Positions 62,716 to 63,590 of a stretch of 63,590 nucleotides of DNA are shown piece by piece. Each line of letters starts with the position of its first letter. Position 1 is the stretch's first letter. Source of the DNA: Acidimicrobiia bacterium (lineage in GTDB: Bacteria > Actinomycetota > Acidimicrobiia > IMCC26256 > JACDBD01); NCBI GenBank assembly GCA_035938395.1, contig DASZGY010000137.1, positions 1 through 63,590 on the forward strand, in the 5' to 3' direction. A program made the translations under genes and the position numbers. The notes under the pieces were generated by a model. The model saw only the letters and a program-made list of their open reading frames with translations, searched no databases and was not told the DNA's origin.

Positions 62716-63390
62716 ATGGGCAGGGCGATCAGCGAGGTCCTTCCGTTCGCGATCGGCGTGGCGATCAGCCCGGTGCCGATCATCGCGGTGATCCTCGTCC
62801 TCTTCTCGGCCCGCGCCCGCGTGAACGGTCCGGTGTTCGCGCTCGGCTGGATCGTCGGTGTTGCGGTCATCAGCACCGTCGTCTATCTCGTCGCCGACGC
62901 CGGCGACGTCTCGAGCGGCGGCGGCGCGTCCGACACGTCGTACTGGGTCAAGCTCGTTCTCGGGATCGCGCTCGTGCTCTTCGCGGTGCGGGACTGGCGC
63001 AAACGCCCCGCCCCCGGCGAGACGCCCGAAGCGCCGAAGTGGATGTCGGCCATCGACACGCTCACGCCCGCCAAGGCCGGTGGGCTCGGGGTGCTACTGA
63101 GCGCGGCGAACCCGAAGAACCTCGCGCTCGCCCTCGGCGCCGGCGCGAGCCTCGCCCAGGCGGGCGTGTCGGGTGGAGAAGCGGCGGTAGCGCTGATCGT
63201 GTTCGTGGTCCTCGCGAGCTTCACGATCGCGGTGCCCGTCGTCTTCTCGCTCGGCGGCGGCGAGCGCGCCGTCCACGTCCTCGACGGGTGGCGGGCATGG
63301 CTGGCGGCGCACAACACAGCGGTCATGGCCGTGCTGTTCCTCGTCTTCGGCGCGGTGCTGTTCAGTCAGGGGCTGCGCGGGCTCACGTGA
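62716..63390 (+). CDS. GAP/SfLAP-family (LysE-like) membrane protein
   Basis: AIGVAISPVPII, PKWM, ANPKNL, WLAAHN. Confidence 0.85.
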   Translation: MGRAISEVLPFAIGVAISPVPIIAVILVLFSARARVNGPVFALGWIVGVAVISTVVYLVADAGDVSSGGGASDTSYWVKLVLGIALVLFAVRDWRKRPAPGETPEAPKWMSAIDTLTPAKAGGLGVLLSAANPKNLALALGAGASLAQAGVSGGEAAVALIVFVVLASFTIAVPVVFSLGGGERAVHVLDGWRAWLAAHNTAVMAVLFLVFGAVLFSQGLRGLT

Positions 63391-63391
63391 G

Positions 63392-63590
63392 CTACTGGCG
63401 CGCCATCGCGACCTGGAGGCGCTGCTCGGGTGTGATCAGGTGGTCGTGGCCGTCGTCGCCGACGTCGAGCTGCACCCAGCTGACGGTGCCGGTGAAGTTG
63501 CTGCTCTCGGTCGTGTAGTCGTCGCTGACGCTCGATCCGGTGTCCAAGCCGAGGTCGCACGTCTCGTCGGCCGAATACGCCATCGGGACC
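63392..63590 (-). CDS. C-terminal fragment of an arylsulfatase-like protein (runs off the window)
   Basis: SADETCDLG.DTGSSVSDDY...FTG.V.WVQLD...AMARQ resembles actinobacterial AtsA/AtsD C-termini. Confidence 0.7.
   Translation of the reverse strand, partial: VPMAYSADETCDLGLDTGSSVSDDYTTESSNFTGTVSWVQLDVGDDGHDHLITPEQRLQVAMARQ

Overview
High-GC actinobacterial chromosome segment; gene content and order suggest an Acidimicrobiia-like lineage (inference). About 60 kb is core genome: disA, clpC, lysS, the nad/pan/coaX and fol operons, hpt-tilS-ftsH, sigH-rshA, tRNA-Thr(CGT), holB-tmk-MFS-topA, an ssd/tad (Flp pilus) cluster, a HAD hydrolase and tRNA-Sec. The most distinctive part is a ~19 kb potassium/ion-homeostasis cluster (35.0-54.2 kb). 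It holds a kinase-less KdpD-like membrane protein, a KimA-like APC permease fused to an OB-fold, kdpE-kdpD-kdpE2-kdpCBAF plus a leader peptide, two unknown small ORFs, a K+-independent-type membrane pyrophosphatase, a second KimA-like permease, two trkA genes and a free-standing copy of the same OB-fold family. Four intergenic regions in this cluster share an array of four 7-bp direct repeats at identical offsets (0/11/32/43 bp), a candidate KdpE regulon signature that takes in uncharacterised genes. Other notable items: a tRNA-Sec that folds best with a 12-bp (7/5) acceptor branch, structured leaders upstream of an rpf gene and the tad operon, an MFS gene separated in frame from tmk by a single TAG, a FolK with an unknown N-terminal domain, and a REP-like hairpin family. 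No CRISPR array, integrase or transposase was seen. All calls are by eye from sequence and motifs; no searches were run.
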